This document shows positions 40,001 through 54,000 of a stretch of DNA of 64,000 nucleotides, in pieces. Under the pieces are notes generated by a model that searched no databases, was not told the origin of the DNA, and saw only the letters and a program-made list of their open reading frames with translations. The stretch spans positions 3,596,001-3,660,000 of the forward strand of contig OZ024744.1 in NCBI GenBank assembly GCA_964016885.1. Reading direction: 5' to 3'. This DNA comes from Eledone cirrhosa (lineage: Eukaryota). The position numbers and the translations under genes were made by a program. Each line of letters starts with the position of its first letter. Positions within the stretch are counted from its first letter, which is position 1.

Positions 40001-43000
40001 GGTAGAGAAAGATAGCTTGGTGAAGAACGACGTTTTGAGGGAAGGCAAGGTAGAGAAAGATAGCTTGGTGAAGAACGAAGTTTTGACGGAAGACAAGGTA
40101 GAGAAAGATAGCTTGGTGAAGAATGACGTTTTGTGGGAAGACAAGGTAGAGAAAGATAGCTTGGTGAATAACGAAGTTTTGAGGGAAGACAAGGTAGAGA
40201 AAGATAGCTTGGTGAAGAACGAAGTTTTTGGGGAAGACAAGGTAGAGAAAGATAGCTTGGTGAAGAACGAAGTTTTGAGGGAAGACAAGGTAGAGAAAGA
40301 TAGCTTGGTGAAGAACGACGTTTTGTGGGAAGACAAGGTAGAGAAAGATAGCTTGGTGAAGAACGAAGTTTTGTGGGAAGTCAAGGTAGAGAAAGATAGC
40401 TTGGTGAAGAACGAAGTTTTGGTGGAAGACAAGGTAGAGAAAGATAGCTTGGTGAAGAACGAAGTTTTTGGGGAAGACAAGGTAGAGAAAGATAGCTTGG
40501 TGAAGAACGAAGTTTTGAGGGAAGACAAGGTAGAGAAAGATAGCTTGGTGAAGAACGACGTTTTGTGGGAAGACAAGGTAGAGAAAGATAGCTTGGTGAA
40601 GAACGAAGTTTTGTGGGAAGTCAAGGTAGAGAAAGATAGCTTGGTGAAGAACGAAGTTTTGGGGGAAGACAAGGTAGAGAAAGATAGCTTGGTGAAGAAC
40701 GACGTTTTGGGGGAAGACAAGGTAGAGAAAGATAGCTTGGTGAAGAACGAAGTTTTGGGGGAAGACAAGGTAGAGAAAGATAGTTGGTGAAGAACGAAGT
40801 TTTTGGGGAAGACAAGGTAGAGAAAGATAGCTTGGTGAAGAACGAAGTTTTGAGGGAAGACAAGGTAGAGAAAGATAGCTTGGTGAAGAACGACGTTTTG
40901 TGGGAAGACAAGGTAGAGAAAGATAGCTTGGTGAAGAACGAAGTTTTGTGGGAAGTCAAGGTAGAGAAAGATAGCTTGGTGAAGAACGAAGTTTTGGGGG
41001 AAGACAAGGTAGAGAAAGATAGCTTGGTGAAGAACGACGTTTTGTGGGAAGACAAGGTAGAGAAAGATAGCTTGGTGAAGAACGAAGTTTTGGGGGAAGA
41101 CAAGGTAGAGAAAGATAGTTGGTGAAGAACGAAGTTTTGAAGGAAGACAAGGCAGAGAAAGATAGCTTGGTGAAGAACGAAGTTTTGAGGGAAGACAAGG
41201 TAGAGAAAGATAGCTTGGTGAAGAACGACGTTTTGTGGGAAGACAAGGTAGAGAAAGATAGCTTGGTGAAGAACGAAGTTTTGGGGGAAGACAAGGTAGA
41301 GAAAGATAGCTTGGTGAAGAACGAAGTTTTGGGGGAAGACAAGGTAGAGAAAGATAGCTTGGTGAAGAACGAAGTTTTGAGGGAAAACAAGGTAGAGAAA
41401 GATAGCTTGGTGAATAACGAAGTTTTGGGAGGAGACAAGGTGGAGAAAGATAGCTTGGTGAAGAGCGAATTTTGAGGGAAGACAAGGTAGAGAAAGATAG
41501 CTTGGTGAAGAACGACGTTTTGTGGGAAGACAAGGGAGAGAAAGATAGATTGGTGAAGGACGAAGTTTTGAGGGATGACAAGGTAGAGAAAGATGACTTG
41601 GTGAAGAACGAAGTTTTGGGGGAAGACAAGGTAGAGAAAGATAGCTTGGTGAAGAACGAAGTTTTGGGGGAAGACAAGGTAGAGAAAGATAGCTTGGTGA
41701 AGAACGAAGTTTTGGGGGAAGACAAGGTAGAGAAAGATAGCTTGGTGAATAACGAAGTTTTGGGAGAATACAAGGTAGAGAAAGATAGCTTGGTGAAGAA
41801 CGATGTTTTGAGGGAAGACAAGGTAGAGAAAGATAGCTTGGTGAAGAACGACGTTTTGAGGGAAGACAAGGTAGAGAAAGATAGCTTGGTGAAGAACGAC
41901 GTTTTGTGGGAAGACAAGGTAGAGAAAGATAGCTTGGTGAAGAACGAAGTTTTGGGGGAAGACAAGGTAGAGAAAGATAGCTTGCGAAGAACGAAGTTTT
42001 GGGGGAAGACAAGGTAGAGAAAGATAGCTTGGTGAAGAACGAAGTTTTGGGGGAGGACAAGGTAGAGAAAGATAGCTTGGTGAAGAACGACGTTTTGAGG
42101 GAAGGCAAGGTAGAGAAAGATAGCTTGGTGAAGAACGAAGTTTTGACGGAAGACAAGGTAGAGAAAGATAGCTTGGTGAAGAATGACGTTTTGTGGGAAG
42201 ACAAGGTAGAGAAAGATAGCTTGGTGAATAACGAAGTTTTGAGGGAAGACAAGGTAGAGAAAGATAGCTTGGTGAAGAACGAAGTTTTTGGGGAAGACAA
42301 GGTAGAGAAAGATAGCTTGGTGAAGAACGAAGTTTTGAGGGAAGACAAGGTAGAGAAAGATAGCTTGGTGAATAACGAAGTTTTGGGAGAAGACAAGGTA
42401 GAGAAAGATAGTTGGTGAAGAACGAAGTTTTGAAGGAAGACAAGGCAGAGAAAGATAGCTTGGTGAAGAACGAAGTTTTGAGGGAAGACAAGGTAGAGAA
42501 AGATAGCTTGGTGAAGAACGACGTTTTGTGGGAAGACAAGGTAGAGAAAGATAGCTTGGTGAAGAACGAAGTTTTGGGGGAAGACAAGGTAGAGAAAGAT
42601 AGCTTGGTGAAGAACGAAGTTTTGGGGGAAGACAAGGTAGAGAAAGATAGCTTGGTGAAGAACGAAGTTTTGAGGGAAAACAAGGTAGAGAAAGATAGCT
42701 TGGTGAATAACGAAGTTTTGGGAGGAGACAAGGTGGAGAAAGATAGCTTGGTGAAGAGCGAATTTTGAGGGAAGACAAGGTAGAGAAAGATAGCTTGGTG
42801 AAGAACGACGTTTTGTGGGAAGACAAGGGAGAGAAAGATAGATTGGTGAAGGACGAAGTTTTGAGGGATGACAAGGTAGAGAAAGATGACTTGGTGAAGA
42901 ACGAAGTTTTGGGGGAAGACAAGGTAGAGAAAGATAGCTTGGTGAAGAACGAAGTTTTGGGGGAAGACAAGGTAGAGAAAGATAGCTTGGTGAAGAACGA

Positions 43001-46000
43001 AGTTTTGGGGGAAGACAAGGTAGAGAAAGATAGCTTGGTGAATAACGAAGTTTTGGGAGAATACAAGGTAGAGAAAGATAGCTTGGTGAAGAACGATGTT
43101 TTGAGGGAAGACAAGGTAGAGAAAGATAGCTTGGTGAAGAACGACGTTTTGAGGGAAGACAAGGTAGAGAAAGATAGCTTGGTGAAGAACGACGTTTTGT
43201 GGGAAGAGAAGGTAGAGAAAGATAGCTTGGTGAAGAACGAAGTTTTGGGGGAAGACAAGGTAGAGAAAGATAGCTTGCGAAGAACGAAGTTTTGGGGGAA
43301 GACAAGGTAGAGAAAGATAGCTTGGTGAAGAACGAAGTTTTGGGGGAGGACAAGGTAGAGAAAGATAGCTTGGTGAAGAACGACGTTTTGAGGGAAGGCA
43401 AGGTAGAGAAAGATAGCTTGGTGAAGAACGAAGTTTTGACGGAAGACAAGGTAGAGAAAGATAGCTTGGTGAAGAATGACGTTTTGTGGGAAGACAAGGT
43501 AGAGAAAGATAGCTTGGTGAATAACGAAGTTTTGAGGGAAGACAAGGTAGAGAAAGATAGCTTGGTGAAGAACGAAGTTTTTGGGGAAGACAAGGTAGAG
43601 AAAGATAGCTTGGTGAAGAACGAAGTTTTGAGGGAAGACAAGGTAGAGAAAGATAGCTTGGTGAAGAACGACGTTTTGTGGGAAGACAAGGTAGAGAAAG
43701 ATAGCTTGGTGAAGAACGAAGTTTTGTGGGAAGTCAAGGTAGAGAAAGATAGCTTGGTGAAGAACGAAGTTTTGGGGGAAGACAAGGTAGAGAAAGATAG
43801 CTTGGTGAAGAACGAAGTTTTTGGGGAAGACAAGGTAGAGAAAGATAGCTTGGTGAAGAACGAAGTTTTGAGGGAAGACAAGGTAGAGAAAGATAGCTTG
43901 GTGAAGAACGACGTTTTGTGGGAAGACAAGGTAGAGAAAGATAGCTTGGTGAAGAACGAAGTTTTGTGGGAAGTCAAGGTAGAGAAAGATAGCTTGGTGA
44001 AGAACGAAGTTTTGGGGGAAGACAAGGTAGAGAAAGATAGCTTGGTGAAGAACGAAGTTTTGAGGGAAGACAAGGTAGAGAAAGATAGCTTGGTGAATAA
44101 CGAAGTTTTGGGAGAAGACAAGGTAGAGAAAGATAGTTGGTGAAGAACGAAGTTTTGAAGGAAGACAAGGCAGAGAAAGATAGCTTGGTGAAGAACGAAG
44201 TTTTGAGGGAAGACAAGGTAGAGAAAGATAGCTTGGTGAAGAACGACGTTTTGTGGGAAGACAAGGTAGAGAAAGATAGCTTGGTGAAGAACGAAGTTTT
44301 GGGGGAAGACAAGGTTGAGAAAGATAGCTTGGTGAAGAACGAAGTTTTGGGGAAGACAATGTAGAGAAAGATAGCTTGGTGAAGAACGAAGTTTTGGGGG
44401 AAGACAAGGTAGAGAAAGATAGCTTGGTGAAGAACGAAGTTTTGAGGGAAGACAAGGTAGAGAAAGATAGCTTGGTGAATAACGAAGTTTTGGGAGAAGA
44501 CAAGGTAGAGAAAGATAGCTTGGTGAAGAACGACGTTTTGAGGGAAGACAAGGTAGAGAAAGATAGCTTGGTGAAGAACGAAGTTTTGGGGAAGACAATG
44601 TAGAGAAAGATAGCTTGGTGAAGAACGAAGTTTTGGGGGAAGACAAGGTAGAGAAAGATAGCTTGGTGAAGAACGAAGTTTTGAGGGAAGACAAGGTAGA
44701 GAAAGATAGCTTGGTGAATAACGAAGTTTTGGGAGAAGACAAGGTAGAGAAAGATAGTTGGTGAAGAACGAAGTTTTGAAGGAAGACAAGGCAGAGAAAG
44801 ATAGCTTGGTGAAGAACGAAGTTTTGAGGGAAGACAAGGTAGAGAAAGATAGCTTGGTGAAGAAAGACGTTTTGTGGGAAGACAAGGTAGAGAAAGATAG
44901 CTTGGTGAAGAACGAAGTTTTGGGGGAAGACAAGGTAGAGAAAGATAGCTTGGTGAAGAACGAAGTTTTGGGGGAAGACAAGGTAGAGAAAGATAGCTTG
45001 GTGAAGAACGAAGTTTTGAGGGAAAACAAGGTAGAGAAAGATAGCTTGGTGAATAACGAAGTTTTGGGAGGAGACAAGGTGGAGAAAGATAGCTTGGTGA
45101 AGAGCGAATTTTGAGGGAAGACAAGGTAGAGAAAGATAGCTTGGTGAAGAACGACGTTTTGTGGGAAGACAAGGGAGAGAAAGATAGATTGGTGAAGGAC
45201 GAAGTTTTGAGGGATGACAAGGTAGAGAAAGATGACTTGGTGAAGAACGAAGTTTTGGGGGAAGACAAGGTAGAGAAAGATAGGTTGGTGAAGAACGAAG
45301 TTTTGGGGGAAGACAAGGTAGAGAAAGATAGCTTGGTGAAGAACGAAGTTTTGGGGGAAGACAAGGTAGAGAAAGATAGCTTGGTGAATAACGAAGTTTT
45401 GGGAGAATACAAGGTAGAGAAAGATAGCTTGGTGAAGAACGATGTTTTGAGGGAAGACAAGGTAGAGAAAGATAGCTTGGTGAAGAACGACGTTTTGAGG
45501 GAAGACAAGGTAGAGAAAGATAGCTTGGTGAAGAACGACGTTTTGTGGGAAGAGAAGGTAGAGAAAGATAGCTTGGTGAAGAACGAAGTTTTGGGGGAAG
45601 ACAAGGTAGAGAAAGATAGCTTGCGAAGAACGAAGTTTTGGGGGAAGACAAGGTAGAGAAAGATAGCTTGGTGAAGAACGAAGTTTTGGGGGAGGACAAG
45701 GTAGAGAAAGATAGCTTGGTGAAGAACGACGTTTTGAGGGAAGGCAAGGTAAAGAAAGATAGCTTGGTGAAGAACGAAGTTTTGACGGAAGACAAGGTAG
45801 AGAAAGATAGCTTGGTGAAGAATGACGTTTTGTGGGAAGACAAGGTAGAGAAAGATAGCTTGGTGAATAACGAAGTTTTGAGGGAAGACAAGGTAGAGAA
45901 AGATAGCTTGGTGAAGAACGAAGTTTTTGGGGAAGACAAGGTAGAGAAAGATAGCTTGGTGAAGAACGAAGTTTTGAGGGAAGACAAGGTAGAGAAAGAT

Positions 46001-47180
46001 AGCTTGGTGAAGAACGACGTTTTGTGGGAAGACAAGGTAGAGAAAGATAGCTTGGTGAAGAACGAAGTTTTGTGGGAAGTCAAGGTAGAGAAAGATAGCT
46101 TGGTGAAGAACGAAGTTTTGGTGGAAGACAAGGTAGAGAAAGATAGCTTGGTGAAGAACGAAGTTTTTGGGGAAGACAAGGTAGAGAAAGATAGCTTGGT
46201 GAAGAACGAAGTTTTGAGGGAAGACAAGGTAGAGAAAGATAGCTTGGTGAAGAACGACGTTTTGTGGGAAGACAAGGTAGAGAAAGATAGCTTGGTGAAG
46301 AACGAAGTTTTGTGGGAAGTCAAGGTAGAGAAAGATAGCTTGGTGAAGAACGAAGTTTTGGGGGAAGACAAGGTAGAGAAAGATAGCTTGGTGAAGAACG
46401 ACGTTTTGGGGGAAGACAAGGTAGAGAAAGATAGCTTGGTGAAGAACGAAGTTTTGGGGGAAGACAAGGTAGAGAAAGATAGTTGGTGAAGAACGAAGTT
46501 TTTGGGGAAGACAAGGTAGAGAAAGATAGCTTGGTGAAGAACGAAGTTTTGAGGGAAGACAAGGTAGAGAAAGATAGCTTGGTGAAGAACGACGTTTTGT
46601 GGGAAGACAAGGTAGAGAAAGATAGCTTGGTGAAGAACGAAGTTTTGTGGGAAGTCAAGGTAGAGAAAGATAGCTTGGTGAAGAACGAAGTTTTGGGGGA
46701 AGACAAGGTAGAGAAAGATAGCTTGGTGAAGAACGACGTTTTGTGGGAAGACAAGGTAGAGAAAGATAGCTTGGTGAAGAACGAAGTTTTGGGGGAAGAC
46801 AAGGTAGAGAAAGATAGTTGGTGAAGAACGAAGTTTTGAAGGAAGACAAGGCAGAGAAAGATAGCTTGGTGAAGAACGAAGTTTTGAGGGAAGACAAGGT
46901 AGAGAAAGATAGCTTGGTGAAGAACGACGTTTTGTGGGAAGACAAGGTAGAGAAAGATAGCTTGGTGAAGAACGAAGTTTTGGGGGAAGACAAGGTAGAG
47001 AAAGATAGCTTGGTGAAGAACGAAGTTTTGGGGGAAGACAAGGTAGAGAAAGATAGCTTGGTGAAGAACGAAGTTTTGAGGGAAAACAAGGTAGAGAAAG
47101 ATAGCTTGGTGAATAACGAAGTTTTGGGAGGAGACAAGGTGGAGAAAGATAGCTTGGTGAAGAGCGAATTTTGAGGGAAG
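32400..47180. repeat. Subdomain C: marked by AAGAGCGAATTTT and GGGAAGAGAAGG variants
   Basis: The 'KSEF' variant ends ORFs at 32425, 35153, 37499, 39559, 41475, 42768, 45114 and 47174 only. The 'WEEK' variant occurs only between ~32860 and ~45555. Confidence 0.9.
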
Positions 47181-48070
47181 ACAAGGTAGAGAAAGATAGC
47201 TTGGTGAAGAACGACGTTTTGTGGGAAGACAAGGGAGAGAAAGATAGATTGGTGAAGGACGAAGTTTTGAGGGATGACAAGGTAGAGAAAGATGACTTGG
47301 TGAAGAACGAAGTTTTGGGGGAAGACAAGGTAGAGAAAGATAGCTTGGTGAAGAACGAAGTTTTGGGGGAAGACAAGGTAGAGAAAGATAGCTTGGTGAA
47401 GAACGAAGTTTTGGGGGAAGACAAGGTAGAGAAAGATAGCTTGGTGAATAACGAAGTTTTGGGAGAATACAAGGTAGAGAAAGATAGCTTGGTGAAGAAC
47501 GATGTTTTGAGGGAAGACAAGGTAGAGAAAGATAGCTTGGTGAAGAACGACGTTTTGAGGGAAGACAAGGTAGAGAAAGATAGCTTGGTGAAGAACGACG
47601 TTTTGTGGGAAGACAAGGTAGAGAAAGATAGCTTGGTGAAGAACGAAGTTTTGGGGGAAGACAAGGTAGAGAAAGATAGCTTGCGAAGAACGAAGTTTTG
47701 GGGGAAGACAAGGTAGAGAAAGATAGCTTGGTGAAGAACGAAGTTTTGGGGGAGGACAAGGTAGAGAAAGATAGCTTGGTGAAGAACGACGTTTTGAGGG
47801 AAGGCAAGGTAGAGAAAGATAGCTTGGTGAAGAACGAAGTTTTGACGGAAGACAAGGTAGAGAAAGATAGCTTGGTGAAGAATGACGTTTTGTGGGAAGA
47901 CAAGGTAGAGAAAGATAGCTTGGTGAATAACGAAGTTTTGAGGGAAGACAAGGTAGAGAAAGATAGCTTGGTGAAGAACGAAGTTTTTGGGGAAGACAAG
48001 GTAGAGAAAGATAGCTTGGTGAAGAACGAAGTTTTGAGGGAAGACAAGGTAGAGAGAGATAGCTTGGTGA
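34690..48070. repeat. 5699-bp tandem duplication whose left copy carries a nested 1916-bp duplication (apparent offset 7615)
   Basis: Offsets 34797>42412 through 39203>46818 equal 7615. Offsets 39939>45638, 40784>46483, 41472>47171 and 41999>47698 equal 5699. Offsets 38023>39939, 38868>40784 and 39203>41119 equal 1916. 5699+1916=7615. Confidence 0.87.
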
Positions 48071-51000
48071 AGAACGACGTTTTGTGGGAAGACAAGGTAG
48101 AGAAAGATAGCTTGGTGAAGAACGAAGTTTTGTGGGAAGTCAAGGTAGAGAAAGATAGCTTGGTGAAGAACGAAGTTTTGGGGGAAGACAAGGTAGAGAA
48201 ATATAGCTTGGTGAACAACGAAGTTTTGGGGGAAGACAAGGTAGAGAAAGATAGCTTGGTGAACAACGAAGTTTTGGGGGAAGACAAGGTAGAAAAAGAT
48301 AGCTTGGTAAAGAACGAAGTTTTGGGGAAAACAATGTAGAGAAAGATAGCTTGGTGAAGAACGAAGTTTTGGGGGAAGACAAGGTAGAGAAAGATAGCTT
48401 GGTGAAGAACGAAGTTTTGGGGAAGACAATGTAGAGAAAGATAGCTTGGTGAAGAACGAAGTTGTGGGGGAAGACAAGGTAGAGAAAGATAGCTTGGTGA
48501 AGAACGAAGTTTTGGGGGAAGACAAGGTAGAGAAAGATAGCTTGGTGAAGAACGACGTTTTGAGGGAAGACAAGGTAGAGAAAGATAGCTTGGTGAAGAA
48601 CGATGTTTTGGGGAAGACACTGTAGAGAAAGATAGCTTGGTGAAGAATGAAGTTTTGAGGGAAGACAAGGTAGAGAAAGATAGCTTGGTGAATAACGAAG
48701 TTTGGGAGAAGACAAGGTAGAGAAAGATAGTTGGTGAAGAACGAAGTTTTGAGGGAAGACAAGGTAGAGAAAGATAGCTTGGTGAAGAACGACGTTTTGA
48801 GGGAAGACAAGGTAGAGAAAGATAGCTTGGTGAAGAACGACGTTTTGTGGGGAGACAAGGTAGAGAAAGATAGCTTGGTGAAGAACGAAGTTTTGGGGGA
48901 AGACAAGGTAGAGAAAGATAGCTTGGTGAAGAACGAAGTTTTGGGGAAGACAATGTAGAGAAAGATAGCTTGGTGAAGAACGAAGTTTTGGGGGAAGACA
49001 AGGTAGAGAAAGATAGCTTGGTGAAGAACGAAGTTTTGAGGGAAGACAAGGTAGAGAAAGATAGCTTGGTGAATAACGAAGTTTTGGGAGAAGACAAGGT
49101 AGAGAAAGATAGCTTGGTGAAGAACGACGTTTTGAGGGAAGTCAAGGTAGAGAAAGATAGCTTGGTGAAGAACGAAGTTTTGGGGAAGACAATGTAGAGA
49201 AAGATAGCTTGGTGAAGAACGAAGTTTTGGGGGAAGACAAGGTAGAGAAAGATAGCTTGGTGAAGAACGAAGTTTTGAGGGAAGACAAGGTAGAGAAAGA
49301 TAGCTTGGTGAATAACGAAGTTTTGGGAGAAGACAAGGTAGAGAAAGATAGTTGGTGAAGGACGAAGTTTTGAAGGAAGACAAGGCAGAGAAAGATAGCT
49401 TGGTGAAGAACGAAGTTTTGAGGGAAGACAAGGTAGAGAAAGATAGCTTGGTGAAGAACGACGTTTTGTGGGAAGACAAGGTAGAGAAAGATAGCTTGGT
49501 GAAGAACGAAGTTTTGGGGGAAGACAAGGTAGAGAAAGATAGCTTGGTGAAGAACGAAGTTTTGGGGGAAGACAAGGTAGAGAAAGATAGCTTGGTGAAG
49601 AACGAAGTTGTGGGGGAAGACAAGGTAGAGAAAGATAGCTTGGTGAAGAACTAAGTTTTGGGGGAAGACAAGGTAGAGAAAGATATCTTGGTGAAGAACG
49701 ACGTTTTGAGGGAAGACAAGGTAGAGAAAGATAGCTTGGTGAAGAACGATGTTTTGGGGAAGACACTGTAGAGAAAGATAGCTTGGTGAAGAACGAAGTT
49801 TTGAGGGAAGACAAGGTAGAGAAAGATAGCTTGGTGAATAACGAAGTTTGGGAGAAGACAAGGTAGAGAAAGATAGTTGGTGAAGAACGAAGTTTTGAGG
49901 GAAGACAAGGTAGAGAAAGATAGCATGGTGAAGAACGACGTTTTGAGGGAAGACATGGTAGAGAAAGATAGCTTGGTGAAGAACGACGTTTTGTGGGAAG
50001 ACAAGGTAGAGAAAGATAGCTTGGTGAAGAACGAAGTTTTGGGGGAAGACAAGGTAGAGAAAGATAGCTTGGTGAAGAACGAAGTTTTGGGGAAGACAAT
50101 GTAGAGAAAGATAGCTTGGTGAAGAACGAAGTTTTGGGGGAAGACAAGGTAGAGAAAGATAGCTTGGTGAAGAACGAAGTTTTGAGGGAAGACAAGGTAG
50201 AGAAAGATAGCTTGGTGAATAACGAAGTTTTGGGAGAAGACAAGGTAGAGAAAGATAGCTTGGTGAAGAACGACGTTTTGGGGGAAGACAAGGTAGAGAA
50301 AGATAGCTTGGTGAAGAACGACGTTTTGAGGGAAGACAAGGTAGAGAAAGATAGCTTGGTGAAGAACGATGTTTTGGGGAAGACACTGTAGAGAAAGATA
50401 GCTTGGTGAAGAACGAAGTTTTGAGGGAAGACAAGGTAGAGAAAGATAGCTTGGTGAATAACGAAGTTTGGGAGAAGACAAGGTAGAGAAAGATAGTTGG
50501 TGAAGAACGAAGTTTTGAGGGAAGACAAGGTAGAGAAAGATAGCTTGGTGAAGAACGACGTTTTGAGGGAAGACAAGGTAGAGAAAGATAGCTTGGTGAA
50601 GAACGACGTTTTGTGGGAAGACAAGGTAGAGAAAGATAGCTTGGTGAAGAACGAAGTTTTGGGGGAAGACAAGGTAGAGAAAGATAGCTTGGTGAAGAAC
50701 GAAGTTTTGGGGAAGACAATGTAGAGAAAGATAGCTTGGTGAAGAACGAAGTTTTGGGGGAAGACAAGGTAGAGAAAGATAGCTTGGTGAAGAACGAAGT
50801 TTTGAGGGAAGACAAGGTAGAGAAAGATAGCTTGGTGAATAACGAAGTTTTGGGAGAAGACAAGGTAGAGAAAGATAGCTTGGTGAAGAACGACGTTTTG
50901 AGGGAAGACAAGGTAGAGAAAGATAGCTTGGTGAAGAACGAAGTTTTGGGGAAGACAATGTAGAGAAAGATAGCTTGGTGAAGAACGAAGTTTTGGGGGA

Positions 51001-54000
51001 AGACAAGGTAGAGAAAGATAGCTTGGTGAAGAACGAAGTTTTGAGGGAAGACAAGGTAGAGAAAGATAGCTTGGTGAATAACGAAGTTTTGGGAGAAGAC
51101 AAGGTAGAGAAAGATAGTTGGTGAAGAACGAAGTTTTGAAGGAAGACAAGGCAGAGAAAGATAGCTTGGTGAAGAACGAAGTTTTGAGGGAAGACAAGGT
51201 AGAGAAAGATAGCTTGGTGAAGAACGACGTTTTGTGGGAAGACAAGGTAGAGAAAGATAGCTTGGTGAAGAACGAAGTTTTGGGGGAAGACAAGGTAGAG
51301 AAAGATAGCTTGGTGAAGAACGAAGTTTTGGGGGAAGACAAGGTAGAGAAAGATAGCTTGGTGAAGAACGAAGTTGTGGGGGAAGACAAGGTAGAGAAAG
51401 ATAGCTTGGTGAAGAACGAAGTTTTGGGGGAAGACAAGGTAGAGAAAGATAGCTTGGTGAAGAACGACGTTTTGAGGGAAGACAAGGTAGAGAAAGATAG
51501 CTTGGTGAAGAACGATGTTTTGGGGAAGACACTGTAGAGAAAGATAGCTTGGTGAAGAACGAAGTTTTGAGGGAAGACAAGGTAGAGAAAGATAGCTTGG
51601 TGAATAACGAAGTTTGGGAGAAGACAAGGTAGAGAAAGATAGTTGGTGAAGAACGAAGTTTTGAGGGAAGACAAGGTAGAGAAAGATAGCATGGTGAAGA
51701 ACGACGTTTTGAGGGAAGACAAGGTAGAGAAAGATAGCTTGGTGAAGAACGACGTTTTGTGGGAAGACAAGGTAGAGAAAGATAGCTTGGTGAAGAACGA
51801 AGTTTTGGGGGAAGACAAGGTAGAGAAAGATAGCTTGGTGAAGAACGAAGTTTTGGGGAAGACAATGTAGAGAAAGATAGCTTGGTGAAGAACGAAGTTT
51901 TGGGGGAAGACAAGGTAGAGAAAGATAGCTTGGTGAAGAACGAAGTTTTGAGGGAAGACAAGGTAGAGAAAGATAGCTTGGTGAATAACGAAGTTTTGGG
52001 AGAAGACAAGGTAGAGAAAGATAGCTTGGTGAAGAACGACGTTTTGAGGGAAGACAAGGTAGAGAAAGATAGCTTGGTGAAGAACGAAGTTTTGGGGAAG
52101 ACAATGTAGAGAAAGATAGCTTGGTGAAGAACGAAGTTTTGGGGGAAGACAAGGTAGAGAAAGATAGCTTGGTGAAGAACGAAGTTTTGAGGGAAGACAA
52201 GGTAGAGAAAGATAGCTTGGTGAATAACGAAGTTTTGGGAGAAGACAAGGTAGAGAAAGATAGTTGGTGAAGAACGAAGTTTTGAAGGAAGACAAGGCAG
52301 AGAAAGATAGCTTGGTGAAGAACGAAGTTTTGAGGGAAGACAAGGTAGAGAAAGATAGCTTGGTGAAGAACGAGGTTTTGTGGGAAGACAAGGTAGAGAA
52401 AGATAGCTTGGTGAAGAACGAAGTTTTGGGGGAAGACAAGGTAGAGAAAGATAGCTTGGTGAAGAACGAAGTTTTGGGGGAAGACAAGGTAGAGAAAGAT
52501 AGCTTGGTGAAGAACGAAGTTTTGAGGGAAAACAAGGTAGAGAAAGATAGCTTGGTGAATAACGAAGTTTTGGGAGAAGACAAGGTGGAGAAAGATAGCT
52601 TGGTGAAGAACGAATTTTGAGGGAAGACAAGGTAGAGAAAGATAGCTTGGTGAAGAACGACGTTTTGTGGGAAGACAAGGGAGAGAAAGATAGATTGGTG
52701 AAGGACGAAGTTTTGAGGGATGACAAGGTAGAGAAAGATGACTTGGTGAAGAACGAAGTTTTGGGGGAAGACAAGGTAGAGAAAGATAGCTTGGTGAAGA
52801 ACGAAGTTTTGGGGGAAGACAAGGTAGAGAAAGATAGCTTGGTGAAGAACGAAGTTTTGGGGGAAGACAAGGTAGAGAAAGATAGCTTGGTGAATAACGA
52901 AGTTTTGGGAGAATACAAGGTAGAGAAAGATAGCTTGGTGAAGAACGATGTTTTGAGGGAAGACAAGGTAGAGAAAGATAGCTTGGTGAAGAACGACGTT
53001 TTGAGGGAAGACAAGGTAGAGAAAGATAGCTTGGTGAAGAACGACGTTTTGTGGGAAGACAAGGTAGAGAAAGATAGCTTGGTGAAGAACGAAGTTTTGG
53101 GGGAAGACAAGGTAGAGAAAGATAGCTTGCGAAGAACGAAGTTTTGGGGGAAGACAAGGTAGAGAAAGATAGCTTGGTGAAGAACGAAGTTTTGGGGGAG
53201 GACAAGGTAGAGAAAGATAGCTTGGTGAAGAACGACGTTTTGAGGGAAGGCAAGGTAGAGAAAGATAGCTTGGTGAAGAACGAAGTTTTGACGGAAGACA
53301 AGGTAGAGAAAGATAGCTTGGTGAAGAATGACGTTTTGTGGGAAGACAAGGTAGAGAAAGATAGCTTGGTGAATAACGAAGTTTTGAGGGAAGACAAGGT
53401 AGAGAAAGATAGCTTGGTGAAGAACGAAGTTTTTGGGGAAGACAAGGTAGAGAAAGATAGCTTGGTGAAGAACGAAGTTTTGAGGGAAGACAAGGTAGAG
53501 AAAGATAGCTTGGTGAAGAACGACGTTTTGTGGGAAGACAAGGTAGAGAAAGATAGCTTGGTGAAGAACGAAGTTTTGTGGGAAGTCAAGGTAGAGAAAG
53601 ATAGCTTGGTGAAGAACGAAGTTTTGGGGGAAGACAAGGTAGAGAAATATAGCTTGGTGAACAACGAAGTTTTGGGGGAAGACAAGGTAGAGAAAGATAG
53701 CTTGGTGAACAACGAAGTTTTGGGGGAAGACAAGGTAGAAAAAGATAGCTTGGTAAAGAACGAAGTTTTGGGGAAAACAATGTAGAGAAAGATAGCTTGG
53801 TGAAGAACGAAGTTTTGGGGGAAGACAAGGTAGAGAAAGATAGCTTGGTGAAGAACGAAGTTTTGGGGAAGACAATGTAGAGAAAGATAGCTTGGTGAAG
53901 AACGAAGTTGTGGGGGAAGACAAGGTAGAGAAAGATAGCTTGGTGAAGAACGAAGTTTTGGGGGAAGACAAGGTAGAGAAAGATAGCTTGGTGAAGAACG

